The notes below the pieces were generated by a model. The model was not told the origin of the DNA. It searched no databases and saw only the letters and a program-made list of their open reading frames with translations. From an uncultured Alphaproteobacteria bacterium (GTDB lineage: Bacteria > Pseudomonadota > Alphaproteobacteria > Rhizobiales > Xanthobacteraceae): DNA of 64,000 bases. The stretch is taken from NCBI GenBank assembly GCA_963802585.1, contig CAWDJS010000008.1, positions 8,940 through 72,939 of the forward strand, in the 5' to 3' direction. The position numbers were made by a program, and so were the translations under genes. Every line of letters starts with the position of its first letter. The stretch's first letter is position 1. Positions 1-9,509 of the stretch are shown one piece after another.

Positions 1-159
1 GATCGCGGCGTCGACGGCGTTGCCGCCGGCCGCCAGCATCTCCGCGCCGGCGGCGGAGGCGAGCGGATGATTGCTCACCACCATGCCGCGGCTGCCGGTG
101 GCGGGCTGCTTTTGACATTCGAAGGTCGTTGCCGTCCGGTCGCGCCAGTTGCCGCTCAT
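1..159 (-). CDS. ggt: Gamma-glutamyltransferase, N-terminal part (runs off the left edge)
   Basis: Manual translation from ATG at 159: MSGNWRDRTATTFECQKQPATGSRGMVVSNHPLASAAGAEMLAAGGNAVDAAI. The GMVVSNHPLAS...GGNAVDAA motif is the GGT N-terminus. Not in the ORF track because it is partial. Confidence 0.9.
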   Translation of the reverse strand, partial: MSGNWRDRTATTFECQKQPATGSRGMVVSNHPLASAAGAEMLAAGGNAVDAAI

Positions 160-271
160 CAGCCGTTCCTGCGTTCTTGTTGGCAGGATGTGAGCGGCAA
201 TTCACCGCGCGGTCAAGCGAACAAAACCCCGATGCCGTCATGCGCCAGCGCCGGGTTTTTCGTCGCGCGGA

Positions 272-694
272 TTATTCCGGCAGCGTCTCACCGGAGCCGC
301 CGAGCTCGGCTGGAAAATCCTTCATCTTCGGCAACCCATCTTTCATGCGCAAAACCGTCTCGCCATAATTGACGTGGACGGCGGCGGCGAATTTCAGGTC
401 GGGGATGGTCGCGGCATAGACGTCGATCAGCCCGACCGGCTTGTGGCCCGTCATCAGATGACCACCGCACTTCCTGCAGTACATGCGCTGGCTGAACGCC
501 GTCTTCTCGAAGGTGCCGACATGCTCGGCGCCGGCCTTGACCTTCACATAATCCGATTTCCAGAGCGTGAAGGCGTTGACCGGAGCGGCCGACCAGGAGC
601 GGCAGGAACTGCAGTGGCAATAACCCATCGCTTCCGGCGCGCCGTCAGCCTCGATTTCAACTGCGCCGCAAAAGCAGCGTCCGACATAACCCAT
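272..694 (-). CDS. GFA family (glutathione-dependent formaldehyde-activating / CENP-V) zinc protein
   Basis: GRCFCG, YCHCSSCR and YCRKCGGHL Cys motifs. Start set at MGYVG (ATG 694), preceded by an AGGAGA RBS. Confidence 0.88.
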   Translation of the reverse strand: MGYVGRCFCGAVEIEADGAPEAMGYCHCSSCRSWSAAPVNAFTLWKSDYVKVKAGAEHVGTFEKTAFSQRMYCRKCGGHLMTGHKPVGLIDVYAATIPDLKFAAAVHVNYGETVLRMKDGLPKMKDFPAELGGSGETLPE

Positions 695-750
695 TGATGT
701 TCTCCTTGAGTGGACAAGCAATGCTGCAGTTATCGGCCTCCCGCTAAATC

Positions 751-772
751 GGTCCAGTTCAGGAACTGTACC
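751..772. promoter_or_regulatory. Palindromic operator upstream of gfa (putative HxlR-family site)
   Basis: GGTCCAGTTC-AG-GAACTGTACC. Two 17/20 matches to 753-772 lie upstream of the HxlR gene. Confidence 0.6.
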
Positions 773-914
773 AGCGCGTGAATCCATAAATCTGAGAGCG
801 GTCGGCAGAGGTCCGCTTTGGTGTGAATTGCGGGCGCGCGGGTGGAGATGCCAATCCGAGTGCAAGCTCGTCCAGCCGCTGGCTTTTCGAGCCGCATGCC
901 CTGGCTCACGCGTG

Positions 915-1613
915 TCAGCTCGCGAGCTTGCGCTCCTTCGCGAACGGGCTGAGGCCGAGCCAGGTCTGCATCGAGGCGGCGAGTGACCTGCTTCCGGTCA
1001 GGACCATGCGCTGGCTCGCCACCGCGGCGCGCACGGTGTCGAGCCCCATCCAGATCGCGGTCATCGTCCGCAGGTCGACGGAAGCATAGAGATCGACATC
1101 GAAACCGGGATCGATCTTGCAGAGATCGGCGCCGGTGTCCGGATCGACCACCAGCCAGTAGCGGCGCTGCGCCGGCGGCTGGCCGGGAAACACGAACTCG
1201 ATCACGCTGCGGCTTGGCGGCAGCGGCGTGGGGTTGAGGCTGCGCCGCATGTCCCACATCAGAAGATCGGCATCGAGATGCTGCAGCGAGACATCGGCCT
1301 CGATCCGGCGCTGGCCCCAGATGCCGAAGGCTTCCACCAGCGGACCGAGCTCGCGGCCGGATTCGGTCAGATGATATTCGAACAATCTGGCATCGCCCCC
1401 TGAGGCGGCGCGCACGACGATGCCGGCCTCCTCCAATTCCTTCAGGCGGCGCGAGAGCAGCGCGGGCGACATCCGCGGTACGCCGCGGCGCAATTCATTG
1501 AAGCGCGTCGAGCCCGCGAACATTTCGCGCAACAACACGACGGTCCAGCGCGTGCACAGGATCTCCGCCGCCATCGCGACCGGACAGAACTGCTGATAGC
1601 TGGTGACACTCAT
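915..1613 (-). CDS. HxlR-family winged-helix transcriptional regulator with C-terminal extension
   Basis: YQQFCPVAMAAEILCTRWTVVLLRE...TRFNELRRGVPRMSPALLSRRLKELE...EYHLT is the HxlR signature. Confidence 0.9.
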   Translation of the reverse strand: MSVTSYQQFCPVAMAAEILCTRWTVVLLREMFAGSTRFNELRRGVPRMSPALLSRRLKELEEAGIVVRAASGGDARLFEYHLTESGRELGPLVEAFGIWGQRRIEADVSLQHLDADLLMWDMRRSLNPTPLPPSRSVIEFVFPGQPPAQRRYWLVVDPDTGADLCKIDPGFDVDLYASVDLRTMTAIWMGLDTVRAAVASQRMVLTGSRSLAASMQTWLGLSPFAKERKLAS

Positions 1614-1660
1614 GTTGCTCTCCTGATCGGCAAATCGGCTAGGCCCCGGCCGGCTTCTTT

Positions 1661-1706
1661 TCCAGTTCAGATTCTGTACCGGGCGGAGTTCACTTCCTGA
1701 ACTGGA
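1661..1706. promoter_or_regulatory. Two inverted copies of the 20-bp gfa operator motif
   Basis: TCCAGTTCAGATTCTGTACC (1661-1680) and the reverse complement of 1687-1706 (TCCAGTTCAGGAAGTGAACT). Each is 17/20 identical to 753-772. Confidence 0.6.
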
Positions 1707-1828
1707 GGCGAGCCGCCCCCTGCCCTATTTCACGGACAACGAATGCAGGGGCCTTTAAGCCCGGCCTGCGGCGAGATCGCCGCCACGTAAGGCCGCGGCC
1801 CGCGCTTTTTTCGACAAGGATCATTTCG

Positions 1829-2026
1829 ATGAATTTGGACGCACGGCATTTGGCATGGTTGATTCTGATCGCGACGCTTGGCGCCGTCATCCTCATTGGT
1901 CTTTCGCTGTCGCCGGCGGTCGCGGCGGCACTGTCGCCGGGCTATCCAGTTGACGCCATTTTGTTGGCGATGCGTGCGGTGCTCAAACGGACACGCCAGA
2001 CGCTCGCCGCCTGCCACAGAGGTTAA
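1829..2026 (+). CDS. Small hypothetical membrane protein (65 aa)
   Basis: Hydrophobic N-terminal segment LAWLILIATLGAVILIGLSL. Lies in otherwise intergenic space. Confidence 0.45.
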   Translation: MNLDARHLAWLILIATLGAVILIGLSLSPAVAAALSPGYPVDAILLAMRAVLKRTRQTLAACHRG

Positions 2027-2226
2027 CGCTTGATAACACTTCGGTACTTGCACGGACTTTGAAATTATGGCGATCGTGTCATGGTCGATGATCGTTGCCG
2101 GCATCTGATTCGACTTCGGAATGGGCCCGGAACGTCCTGAGCAAGAATGCTCCGCACCGCGCATGCGATGCACTCAGTTCGGCGTATCCGAGACAGCTCC
2201 ATCAATCATCCGAAGGATGCTTGCAA

Positions 2227-3021
2227 ATGCAGACCATCGTGTTGGCCACCCAAAAAGGCGGCAGCGGCAAGAGCACGCTTGCCATCGGGCTGGCGATGGC
2301 CGCCAGAGAGGCCGGGCACACCGTCCGCCTGATCGAGACCGACCAGCAGGGCACCCTGTCGAACTGGCAGCGCCGCCGCGGCCCCGCCAAACCGCTGGTC
2401 GAGGCCGTCCACAACGCGCGTGAGATCGAATCCCGGCTGCAGTCCCTCGCGTTCGCCGGCGTGACGCTCACGATCATCGACACCGCCGGCGGCATCACGG
2501 CCGCGACCACGGAGGCCGTCCGTTATTGCGATCTCTGCATGATCCCGGCACGTCCCTCGATCGTCGACATCGAAGCCAGCGCCGCGACGCTCGAGCTCGT
2601 GCGCGCCTGGCGAAAGCCGTTCGCCTTCATCCTCAACCAGACGCCGATCCGCAGCCAGCGCCTCAACGGCGCCGCCGAGTCGATCGGCGAGGCCGCCGCG
2701 CGTGACCTGAACGATGTCCTCGCCCGTCCCTATATCGTCATGCGCAACGACCACCAGGACGCGCTCGCCGCCGGCCTTGCGGTCAGCGAGCTCTCGCCGT
2801 TCGGCAAGTCGGCCGACGAGATCCGCGACCTGTGGCGGTGGATCGACACGCGTATGAATGGCCACGTCGCGGTCAACGAGGAAATCAGCGACGACGTCTC
2901 GGACGTCGAGTTTCCCATCATCCTCTCGCCCGAACACACCAAGGCCCCCGCCGTGGCTGGGATGGCGCTGCAGGCTCAGCGGGACCCCCGCGACGACATC
3001 ACCTGGGACGCGGGCCTGTAA
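2227..3021 (+). CDS. ParA/MinD-family ATPase (orphan, no parB)
   Basis: Deviant Walker A QKGGSGKST, plus ETDQQG and IIDTAG motifs. Start at MQTIVLA. Confidence 0.88.
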   Translation: MQTIVLATQKGGSGKSTLAIGLAMAAREAGHTVRLIETDQQGTLSNWQRRRGPAKPLVEAVHNAREIESRLQSLAFAGVTLTIIDTAGGITAATTEAVRYCDLCMIPARPSIVDIEASAATLELVRAWRKPFAFILNQTPIRSQRLNGAAESIGEAAARDLNDVLARPYIVMRNDHQDALAAGLAVSELSPFGKSADEIRDLWRWIDTRMNGHVAVNEEISDDVSDVEFPIILSPEHTKAPAVAGMALQAQRDPRDDITWDAGL

Positions 3022-3030
3022 CGGCGCGCA

Positions 3031-3909
3031 TCACTTCTGACACTGCGGACACCAGAAGGTCGAACGTCCGTTCTGGGTGAAGCGGCGGATCACGCCGCCG
3101 CTTCCGTTTCCGCACTTCTCGCCTTCGCGGTCATAGACCTGGAAGGAATGCTGGAAATAGCCGAGCTCACCCGAGGTCTGGCGGTGGTCGCGCAGCGACG
3201 AGCCGCCGGCCTTGATCGCCTGGTTCAACACCTCGTGAATCGCGTCGACCAAACGCTTGGCGCGGTCGTTCGGCTCGCCCTTCCTGTCGGCAAGCGTCGA
3301 GGCTTGCCGCTTCGGCGACAAATGCGCGCGATAGAGCGCCTCGCAGACATAGATATTGCCGAGCCCCGCCACCACGCGCTGGTCGAGCAAGGCCGCCTTC
3401 AGCGTGGTCGACTTGCCGGCACAGGCGCGCGCCAGCATGGCGGCATCGAATTCATTGCCGAGCGGCTCAGGGCCGAGCCCCTTGAGCAGCGGCTCATCAT
3501 CGAGCGCATTCCGCGCGATGATCTTCATGTAGCCGAAACGGCGCGGATCGTTGAACACGATGTCGGCGCCGGAGGACATCCGAAACAACACGTGGTCGTG
3601 GGCGGCATCCTTGCCGCGCGGATGGTGGAACTCGCCCAGTGTGCTGCCATCGTCCTTCATCTCGACGCGAAATGAGCCCGACATGCCCAGATGCATGAGC
3701 AGGACGTCGCCGGAGCCGAGGTCGGCCATCAGATATTTGGCGCGGCGCCCAAGCCCGGTGACGGTCTGGCCGGTCAGCCGCGCGACAAAATCCTTCTGGA
3801 AGGGAAAACGCAGGTCCTTGCGGCGGGCCTCGGCGTGCAGAATTTTTGCACCTTCCATGACCGGCTGCAGGCCGCGGCGGACGGTCTCGACCTCGGGCAG
3901 TTCAGGCAT
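3031..3909 (-). CDS. mutM: Formamidopyrimidine-DNA glycosylase
   Basis: [10 protein letters not shown]-terminus, GLGNIY H2TH motif, C-terminal [11 protein letters not shown] finger. Confidence 0.97.
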   Translation of the reverse strand: MPELPEVETVRRGLQPVMEGAKILHAEARRKDLRFPFQKDFVARLTGQTVTGLGRRAKYLMADLGSGDVLLMHLGMSGSFRVEMKDDGSTLGEFHHPRGKDAAHDHVLFRMSSGADIVFNDPRRFGYMKIIARNALDDEPLLKGLGPEPLGNEFDAAMLARACAGKSTTLKAALLDQRVVAGLGNIYVCEALYRAHLSPKRQASTLADRKGEPNDRAKRLVDAIHEVLNQAIKAGGSSLRDHRQTSGELGYFQHSFQVYDREGEKCGNGSGGVIRRFTQNGRSTFWCPQCQK

Positions 3910-4004
3910 GGAAAACCATCACCTTCAAGTCATTCACCTTATGAAGGTGACGTGATAGCCCCATTGCGCCGGGCGCGCTATGGTCCGGGTGTGGAGTAGT
4001 GTTG

Positions 4005-4766
4005 ATGGATCGGCCGGACCAGACCACCCATTTTGGCTTCCGCGACGTGCCGCTGGAAGAAAAGCAGACGCTGGTGAACGACGTGTTTCACAGCGTGGCA
4101 CGGCGTTACGACCTGATGAACGATTTGATGTCGGCGGGCCTGCACCGGGCCTGGAAGGACATCATGGTCACCACGCTCAACCCGCCCAAGAACGACAGGC
4201 CTTACGCGCTGCTTGATGTCGCCGGCGGCACCGGCGACATCGCCTTCCGCGCCGCGCAGGCCTCTGGCGCGGGATTCCGCGCGACCGTCTGCGACATCAA
4301 TGCCGACATGCTTGCCGTCGGCCGCGACCGCGCCGCCAAGCGCCATCTCGACGACCGTGTGGCATTTGTCGAGGGCAATGCCGAGGCGCTCGCCTTTCCC
4401 GACCACAGTTTTGACGGCTACACCATCGCCTTCGGCATCCGCAACGTGCCGCGGATCGATCTGGCGCTCACTGAGGCCTTCCGCGTGCTCAGGCCGGGCG
4501 GGCGATTGCTGTGCCTGGAATTTTCCTCTGTCGATGTGCCGGGGCTCGACCGGCTCTATGATCTCTTCTCCTTCAGGGTGATCCCCGAGCTCGGCCGCGC
4601 GGTGACCGGCGACGCCGAGTCCTATCGCTATCTCGTGGAGTCCATCCGCCAATTTCCGAAACCGGCGGCATTTGCCGACATGATCCGCACCGCCGGCTTC
4701 TCCCGCGTCAACTGGCAGACGCTTTCCGGCGGTATCGTGGCCTTGCATTCGGGCTGGCGTTTGTGA
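4005..4766 (+). CDS. ubiE: Ubiquinone/menaquinone C-methyltransferase
   Basis: [30 protein letters not shown] and GRLLCLEFS motifs. GGAG RBS upstream of ATG 4005. Confidence 0.96.
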   Translation: MDRPDQTTHFGFRDVPLEEKQTLVNDVFHSVARRYDLMNDLMSAGLHRAWKDIMVTTLNPPKNDRPYALLDVAGGTGDIAFRAAQASGAGFRATVCDINADMLAVGRDRAAKRHLDDRVAFVEGNAEALAFPDHSFDGYTIAFGIRNVPRIDLALTEAFRVLRPGGRLLCLEFSSVDVPGLDRLYDLFSFRVIPELGRAVTGDAESYRYLVESIRQFPKPAAFADMIRTAGFSRVNWQTLSGGIVALHSGWRL

Positions 4767-6337
4767 TCTCGGCTCTCACCCACATCTCGCGGCTCGCGCG
4801 CGCCGGCTTCGTGTTCGCACACGAAGGCGTCTTTGGCGCCGTCGATCCCTCGCTGGTGCCGCCGCCCGGTCAACTCGCGCTGAAGCTCGCGCGGCTGGTC
4901 GAGCGCCGTGGCGCCAAGTCCGGGCCGAGATTGTCGCGCGCGCTGGAACGGATGGGCCCGGCCTATCTGAAGCTCGGCCAGTTCCTTGCGACCCGGCCTG
5001 ACGTGGTCGGTGTCACCATGGCGCGGGACCTCGAAGCGCTGCAGGACCGCTTGCCGCCGTTTTCGCAAAGCGAGGCGGAAGCGGCGATATCGACCTCGCT
5101 GGAACGCCCGGTATCGCAGGCCTTTGCTGCTCTCGGGCCGCCGGTCGCCGCCGCCTCGATCGCGCAGGTGCATCGCGGCGAGGTACTGCGTGACGGCGTG
5201 CGCCATCCGGTCGCGGTGAAAGTATTGCGGCCCAACGTGGCCTCGCGTTTCCGCCGCGACCTCTCCGACTTCTTCTTCGTTGCGCACAAGGCCGAAGCCT
5301 ATTCCGCGGAAGCGCGGCGACTGCGGCTGGTCGAAGTCATCAACACCATGCAGCGTTCGGTCGCGATGGAGATGGATTTGCGGCTGGAGGCCGCCGCGCT
5401 CTCCGAGATGGCCGAGAACACCCGCGACGATCCGGATTTCCGCGTGCCCGTGGTCGACTGGGACCGCACCACGCATAATGTGCTGACGATGGAGTGGATC
5501 GACGGCATTGCGCTCAGCGATCACGCCCGGCTCGAGCAGGCGCAGGTCGATTTGGCCGATCTCGGCCGCAAGGTGATCCAGAGTTTCCTGCGCCACGCAC
5601 TGCGCGACGGTTTCTTCCACGCCGACATGCATCCGGGAAATCTCTTCCTCGACAAGGAAGGCCGCCTGGTCGCGGTCGATTTCGGCATCATGGGAAGGCT
5701 GGGCCTGAAGGAGCGGCGCTTCCTCGCCGAAATCCTGCTCGGCTTCATCACCCGCAACTATCGCCGCGTCGCCGAGGTGCATTTCGAAGCGGGCTATGTG
5801 CCCTCGCATCACTCGGTGGAGAATTTCGCGCAGGCGATTCGCGCCATCGGCGAGCCGATCCACAACCGCACCGCCGAAGAAATTTCCATGGCGCGGCTGC
5901 TGACCCTGCTGCTCGAAGTCACCGGCCTGTTCGACATGCGCACGCGGCCCGAGCTGATCCTGCTGCAGAAGACCATGGTGGTGGTCGAGGGCGTGGCGCG
6001 CGGCTTCGATCCAAAACTCGACATCTGGAAGACCGCCGATCCCGTGGTGCGCGAATGGATCGAGCGCAATCTCGGGCCGCTCGGGCGGATCCAGGGCGCG
6101 GTGTCCGGCGCCGGCGAGCTGGGTCATTTGCTTTCCAAGCTGCCGGAGATCGCCAGCCGGGCGGTGACCGTGCTGCAGCAGTTGGAAGACATGACCCGGG
6201 AGGGTCACATGCTGTCGTCGGACACGATCGAGGAATTGGGGCGCAAAGAGGCGAAGAAAGCCCGTTTGAGCACGATTGCGCTCTGGGTCATCGCTGTCGC
6301 CTCCGTTGGAATTTTGATTGCCATGACCCGCCTTTGA
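4763..6337 (+). CDS. ubiB: 2-polyprenylphenol 6-hydroxylase / UbiB kinase-like protein
   Basis: [24 protein letters not shown] and [10 protein letters not shown] motifs. 4-bp overlap with ubiE. Confidence 0.96.
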   Translation: MISALTHISRLARAGFVFAHEGVFGAVDPSLVPPPGQLALKLARLVERRGAKSGPRLSRALERMGPAYLKLGQFLATRPDVVGVTMARDLEALQDRLPPFSQSEAEAAISTSLERPVSQAFAALGPPVAAASIAQVHRGEVLRDGVRHPVAVKVLRPNVASRFRRDLSDFFFVAHKAEAYSAEARRLRLVEVINTMQRSVAMEMDLRLEAAALSEMAENTRDDPDFRVPVVDWDRTTHNVLTMEWIDGIALSDHARLEQAQVDLADLGRKVIQSFLRHALRDGFFHADMHPGNLFLDKEGRLVAVDFGIMGRLGLKERRFLAEILLGFITRNYRRVAEVHFEAGYVPSHHSVENFAQAIRAIGEPIHNRTAEEISMARLLTLLLEVTGLFDMRTRPELILLQKTMVVVEGVARGFDPKLDIWKTADPVVREWIERNLGPLGRIQGAVSGAGELGHLLSKLPEIASRAVTVLQQLEDMTREGHMLSSDTIEELGRKEAKKARLSTIALWVIAVASVGILIAMTRL

Positions 6338-6374
6338 TTGCGATGCAATCACTATAATGATAGCATTGCTGTCA
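6335..6374. promoter_or_regulatory. Two tandem 17-bp palindromes flanking TATAAT upstream of coaBC (putative RHH operators)
   Basis: TGATTGC-GAT-GCAATCA (6335-6351), TATAAT (6353-6358) and TGATAGC-ATT-GCTGTCA (6358-6374). Confidence 0.65.
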
Positions 6375-6393
6375 TTGCCGGGAGGAAGCCGTC

Positions 6394-7821
6394 ATGGCCA
6401 GCCTGACCATCCGAAAGCTCGACGACGCCGTCAAAACCTATCTCCGCCTGCGCTCGGCCGGCAATGGCCGGTCGGTCGAGGAGGAGGTCCGGGTGATCTT
6501 GGGCGAGCTGATTCAGGGCCAGCCCGAGGGGGCTGCGCTGGCGGCACCAGCTCCCGCCCGATCGCTGCAGCCCCGCAGCGGGTCCGGTGAGGCGCGCGTC
6601 ACCCTGATCATCGGCGGCGGTATTGCCGCCTACAAGGCGCTGGACCTGATCCGGCGGCTGAAGGAGCGCCACATCCGTGTCCGCTGCGTGCTGACCAGGG
6701 CCGCGACGCAATTCGTCACGCCGCTGGCGGCGAGCGCGCTGTCGGGGGAGCGGGCCTACACCGACCTGTTCGATCCCGAGAGCGAATTCGACGCTGGCCA
6801 CATCAGGCTGGCGCGTGACTGCGATTTGATCGTGGTGGCGCCCGCGACCGCAGACCTGATGTCGAAGATGGCGCATGGCGCCGCCGATGATCTCGCCAGC
6901 GCCATCCTACTCGCGGCAAGCCGGCCGATCCTGCTCGCCCCCGCCATGAACCCGGTGATGTGGAGCAATGCCGCAACCCGCCGCAACGCCGCGCAGCTCG
7001 CGCGCGACGGCGTCGCCATGGTCGGCCCGAATGCGGGCGAGATGGCGGAGCGAGGCGAAGCCGGAATCGGCCGCATGGCGGAGCCGATCGAAATTGCCGA
7101 TGCCGCCGAGCGCTTCCTGCGTCCGGTGCTGCCGCGTCCGCTCGCGGGCAAGCGCGTGCTGATTACGGCCGGCCCCACGCATGAGCCGATCGACCCCGTG
7201 CGCTATATCGCCAACCGCTCCTCCGGCAAACAGGGTTTTGCCATTGCCGCCGCCGCGCAAGCCGCGGGCGCCGACGTGGTGCTGATCTCCGGCCCGGTCG
7301 AACTCGACGATCCCAACGGCGTGCATGTCGTGCGGGTCGAATCCGCGCGCGACATGCTGAGCCGGGTGGAGGCCTCACTGCCGGCGGACATCGCGATCTT
7401 CGCCGCGGCGGTGGCCGACTGGCGCGTCGCCAGTGAAGGCGGGCAGAAGCTGAAGAAGACCGATACGGCGATGCCGCCGCTGGCGCTGGTGGAAAATCCC
7501 GACATCCTCGCCACCATCTCGCATTTGAAGGAGCGCCGGCCACCGCTGGTCATCGGCTTCGCCGCCGAGACCGAGCACCTCATCGACAATGCCAAGGCAA
7601 AACTCGCGCGCAAGGGCTGCGACTGGATTGTCGCCAACGACGTTTCGCCCGCGACCGGCGTCATGGGCGGCGACCGCAACACCGTGCATCTGCTCACCCG
7701 GCACGGCACCGAGATCGACGTCGACTCCTGGCCGGTCATGACCAAGGAGCAGGTCGCGGTGGAATTGATCGCGCATGTCGCGAAGGAATTTTCGTCCAAG
7801 AGCGCGGAGAAAACCTCTTGA
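6394..7821 (+). CDS. coaBC: Bifunctional CoaBC with an N-terminal FitA-like ribbon-helix-helix domain
   Basis: [51 protein letters not shown] and GFAAET motifs. The first ~42 aa ([11 protein letters not shown]...[12 protein letters not shown]) are RHH-like. Confidence 0.95.
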   Translation: MASLTIRKLDDAVKTYLRLRSAGNGRSVEEEVRVILGELIQGQPEGAALAAPAPARSLQPRSGSGEARVTLIIGGGIAAYKALDLIRRLKERHIRVRCVLTRAATQFVTPLAASALSGERAYTDLFDPESEFDAGHIRLARDCDLIVVAPATADLMSKMAHGAADDLASAILLAASRPILLAPAMNPVMWSNAATRRNAAQLARDGVAMVGPNAGEMAERGEAGIGRMAEPIEIADAAERFLRPVLPRPLAGKRVLITAGPTHEPIDPVRYIANRSSGKQGFAIAAAAQAAGADVVLISGPVELDDPNGVHVVRVESARDMLSRVEASLPADIAIFAAAVADWRVASEGGQKLKKTDTAMPPLALVENPDILATISHLKERRPPLVIGFAAETEHLIDNAKAKLARKGCDWIVANDVSPATGVMGGDRNTVHLLTRHGTEIDVDSWPVMTKEQVAVELIAHVAKEFSSKSAEKTS

Positions 7822-8276
7822 GCAGCGCTATCCGTGTGGATATCCGACAATTGCCGCATGGCGAAGGCTTGCCGCTACCGTCCTATCAGAGCACGCATGC
7901 GGCCGGACTCGATCTGCTGGCCGCCGTCGCCGAGAACGCGCCGCTCGTTCTCGCGCCGGGCAAGCACGCCCTGGTCCCGACCGGACTCGCCATCGCGCTG
8001 CCGGAAGGCTTCGAAGCACAGGTGCGGCCGCGTTCGGGGCTGGCCGCGAAGCACGGCGTCACCGTGCTCAATTCACCCGGCACGATCGACGCCGATTATC
8101 GCGGCGAGATCCAGGTGATCCTGATCAACCACGGCGCCGAGCCGTTTACGATCAAGCGCGGCGAGCGGATCGCGCAGATGGTGATCGCGCCCGTGGTTCA
8201 GGCCGAGCTCGTGGCGGTTGCGATGCTTTCGGACACCGATCGCGGCAGCGGCGGCTTCGGCTCAACCGGCCGCTAA
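7818..8276 (+). CDS. dut: dUTP diphosphatase
   Basis: [24 protein letters not shown] and [10 protein letters not shown] motifs. Confidence 0.97.
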   Translation: MSSAIRVDIRQLPHGEGLPLPSYQSTHAAGLDLLAAVAENAPLVLAPGKHALVPTGLAIALPEGFEAQVRPRSGLAAKHGVTVLNSPGTIDADYRGEIQVILINHGAEPFTIKRGERIAQMVIAPVVQAELVAVAMLSDTDRGSGGFGSTGR

Positions 8277-8338
8277 CGCATTCTTCCTGTTATGGAATAT
8301 GGCGTGAGACCACCTCGTCTTTCGGTGTCTCTTGCTTT

Positions 8339-8354
8339 TACCTACTAATAGGTA
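8339..8354. promoter_or_regulatory. Palindrome TACCTA-N4-TAGGTA, putative TetR operator
   Basis: Perfect 6-bp arms 40 bp upstream of the MAPEG start. The operon ends in a TetR gene. Confidence 0.6.
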
Positions 8355-8394
8355 GATAAGTCTCTCCGTTCGCCTCCAAACGAAAGGGAAGACC

Positions 8395-8793
8395 GTGACC
8401 ACCGAACTCTACTGGCTGACGCTAACCGCCCTCATGACGGCGCTGTTCTGGGTGCCCTACGTCCTCAACCGCATGGCCGTCACCGGCCTCGGCAACACGC
8501 TCGCCGGCACTCCGCCTGAGATCGGCAAGCTTTCCGACTGGGCACAGCGCGCCTGTCGCGCGCACACCAATGCCATCGAAAATCTCGCGATCTTCGCCCC
8601 CATCGTGCTGACCGCGCATGTGCTCGGCATCTCCAACGCGGCGACCAAGGCCGCGGTGGTCGTCTACTTCTTCGCGCGGCTCGCCCACTTCGTGGTCTAT
8701 TCCGCCGGCATTCCCGCCGCACGCACGCTGACCTTCACCGCGGGCTGGCTCGCGCAGATCGCGATCATCCTCAGCATCCTGCGCTGGATCTGA
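8395..8793 (+). CDS. MAPEG family membrane protein
   Basis: RACRAHTNAIENLAIF and FFARLAHFVVY motifs. GTG start after an AGGGAAG RBS. Confidence 0.88.
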   Translation: MTTELYWLTLTALMTALFWVPYVLNRMAVTGLGNTLAGTPPEIGKLSDWAQRACRAHTNAIENLAIFAPIVLTAHVLGISNAATKAAVVVYFFARLAHFVVYSAGIPAARTLTFTAGWLAQIAIILSILRWI

Positions 8794-8798
8794 AAACG

Positions 8799-9500
8799 AT
8801 GGCTCGGCGCAGTTTGCTCATCACCGGCATTGGCGAAGGTCTGGGCGCCGGGATCGCCGCCGCCTTCGCCCGCGCCGGCTACGATGTGCTCGGCCTGTCG
8901 CGCACGGACCGCGCGTCGGAATCCATCAGGACGTCCGTCGAACAGGGCGGCGGCAGCTACACGCATCTCGCCTGCGATCTCACGCGTCCGACCGAATTGG
9001 CCTGCATGCTAAGCCCGGTCGCGGAACGCATCGATGTGCTGATCCACAATGCGCATCTGTTGCTGATCAAGCCGTTCGCGGAGATTTCGCCTGATACGTT
9101 CGAGCAGGTCTGGCGCGTCGCCTGCCTCGGCGCGATGGCGTCGGCACAAGCTGTGCTGCCGCACATGGCGGCGCGCAAGGCCGGCACCGTGATCTTCTCC
9201 GGCGCCACCGCAGGTTTGCGCGGCGGCGCCAATTTTTCCGCCTTCGCCTCGGCCAAATTCGCGCTGCGCGGCCTCTCGCAAGCGCTGTCGCGCGAGTTCG
9301 GCCCGAAGGGCGTTCATGTCGCGCACGTCGTCATCGACGGCTTGATCGATGCGCCGCAGACGGACCGGCGGTTCGGACCGGCCCAGGCCGGGCGGATGGA
9401 TTCGAAATCGGTTGCGGAAGCCTATCTCGGCCTCGCCGCCCAACATCCCTCGGCGTGGACGCAGGAGATGGACCTTCGCCCGTTCGCCGAGCGCTTCTAG
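8799..9500 (+). CDS. Short-chain dehydrogenase/reductase
   Basis: GIGEGLG nucleotide-binding motif, SGATAGLRG, FASAKFALR and HVAHVVIDG. Confidence 0.9.
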   Translation: MARRSLLITGIGEGLGAGIAAAFARAGYDVLGLSRTDRASESIRTSVEQGGGSYTHLACDLTRPTELACMLSPVAERIDVLIHNAHLLLIKPFAEISPDTFEQVWRVACLGAMASAQAVLPHMAARKAGTVIFSGATAGLRGGANFSAFASAKFALRGLSQALSREFGPKGVHVAHVVIDGLIDAPQTDRRFGPAQAGRMDSKSVAEAYLGLAAQHPSAWTQEMDLRPFAERF

Positions 9501-9509
9501 GAGACCCTC

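Noticed and set aside
695-865. Upstream in-frame extensions in the ORF track (gfa, parA, pilZ, murU, accD, rpsA, cmk, aroA, ptsN, lptC, rnd, ester cyclase)
   Set aside because: Family homology and the RBS begin at downstream starts. The extensions run through promoters or neighbouring genes.
2023-2038. Possible CtrA box (TTAA...ATAAC) upstream of parA
   Set aside because: The spacing and second half-site do not fit TTAA-N7-TTAA.
2027-2226. Riboswitch in the 200-bp parA leader
   Set aside because: I could not match any known aptamer consensus by eye. An Infernal/Rfam scan would be needed.
2227-3021. parA as evidence of a plasmid or integrated element
   Set aside because: No parB, rep, integrase or composition shift, and it is flanked by core genes.
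4628-6352. 574-aa ORF antisense to ubiB (likewise 19718-21202, 21335-23197, 31820-33649, 40227-41702, 42741-44516 and 25804-26868)
   Set aside because: Shadow ORFs opposite well-identified genes. High GC and codon bias suppress stop codons on the antisense strand, and none has recognisable motifs.
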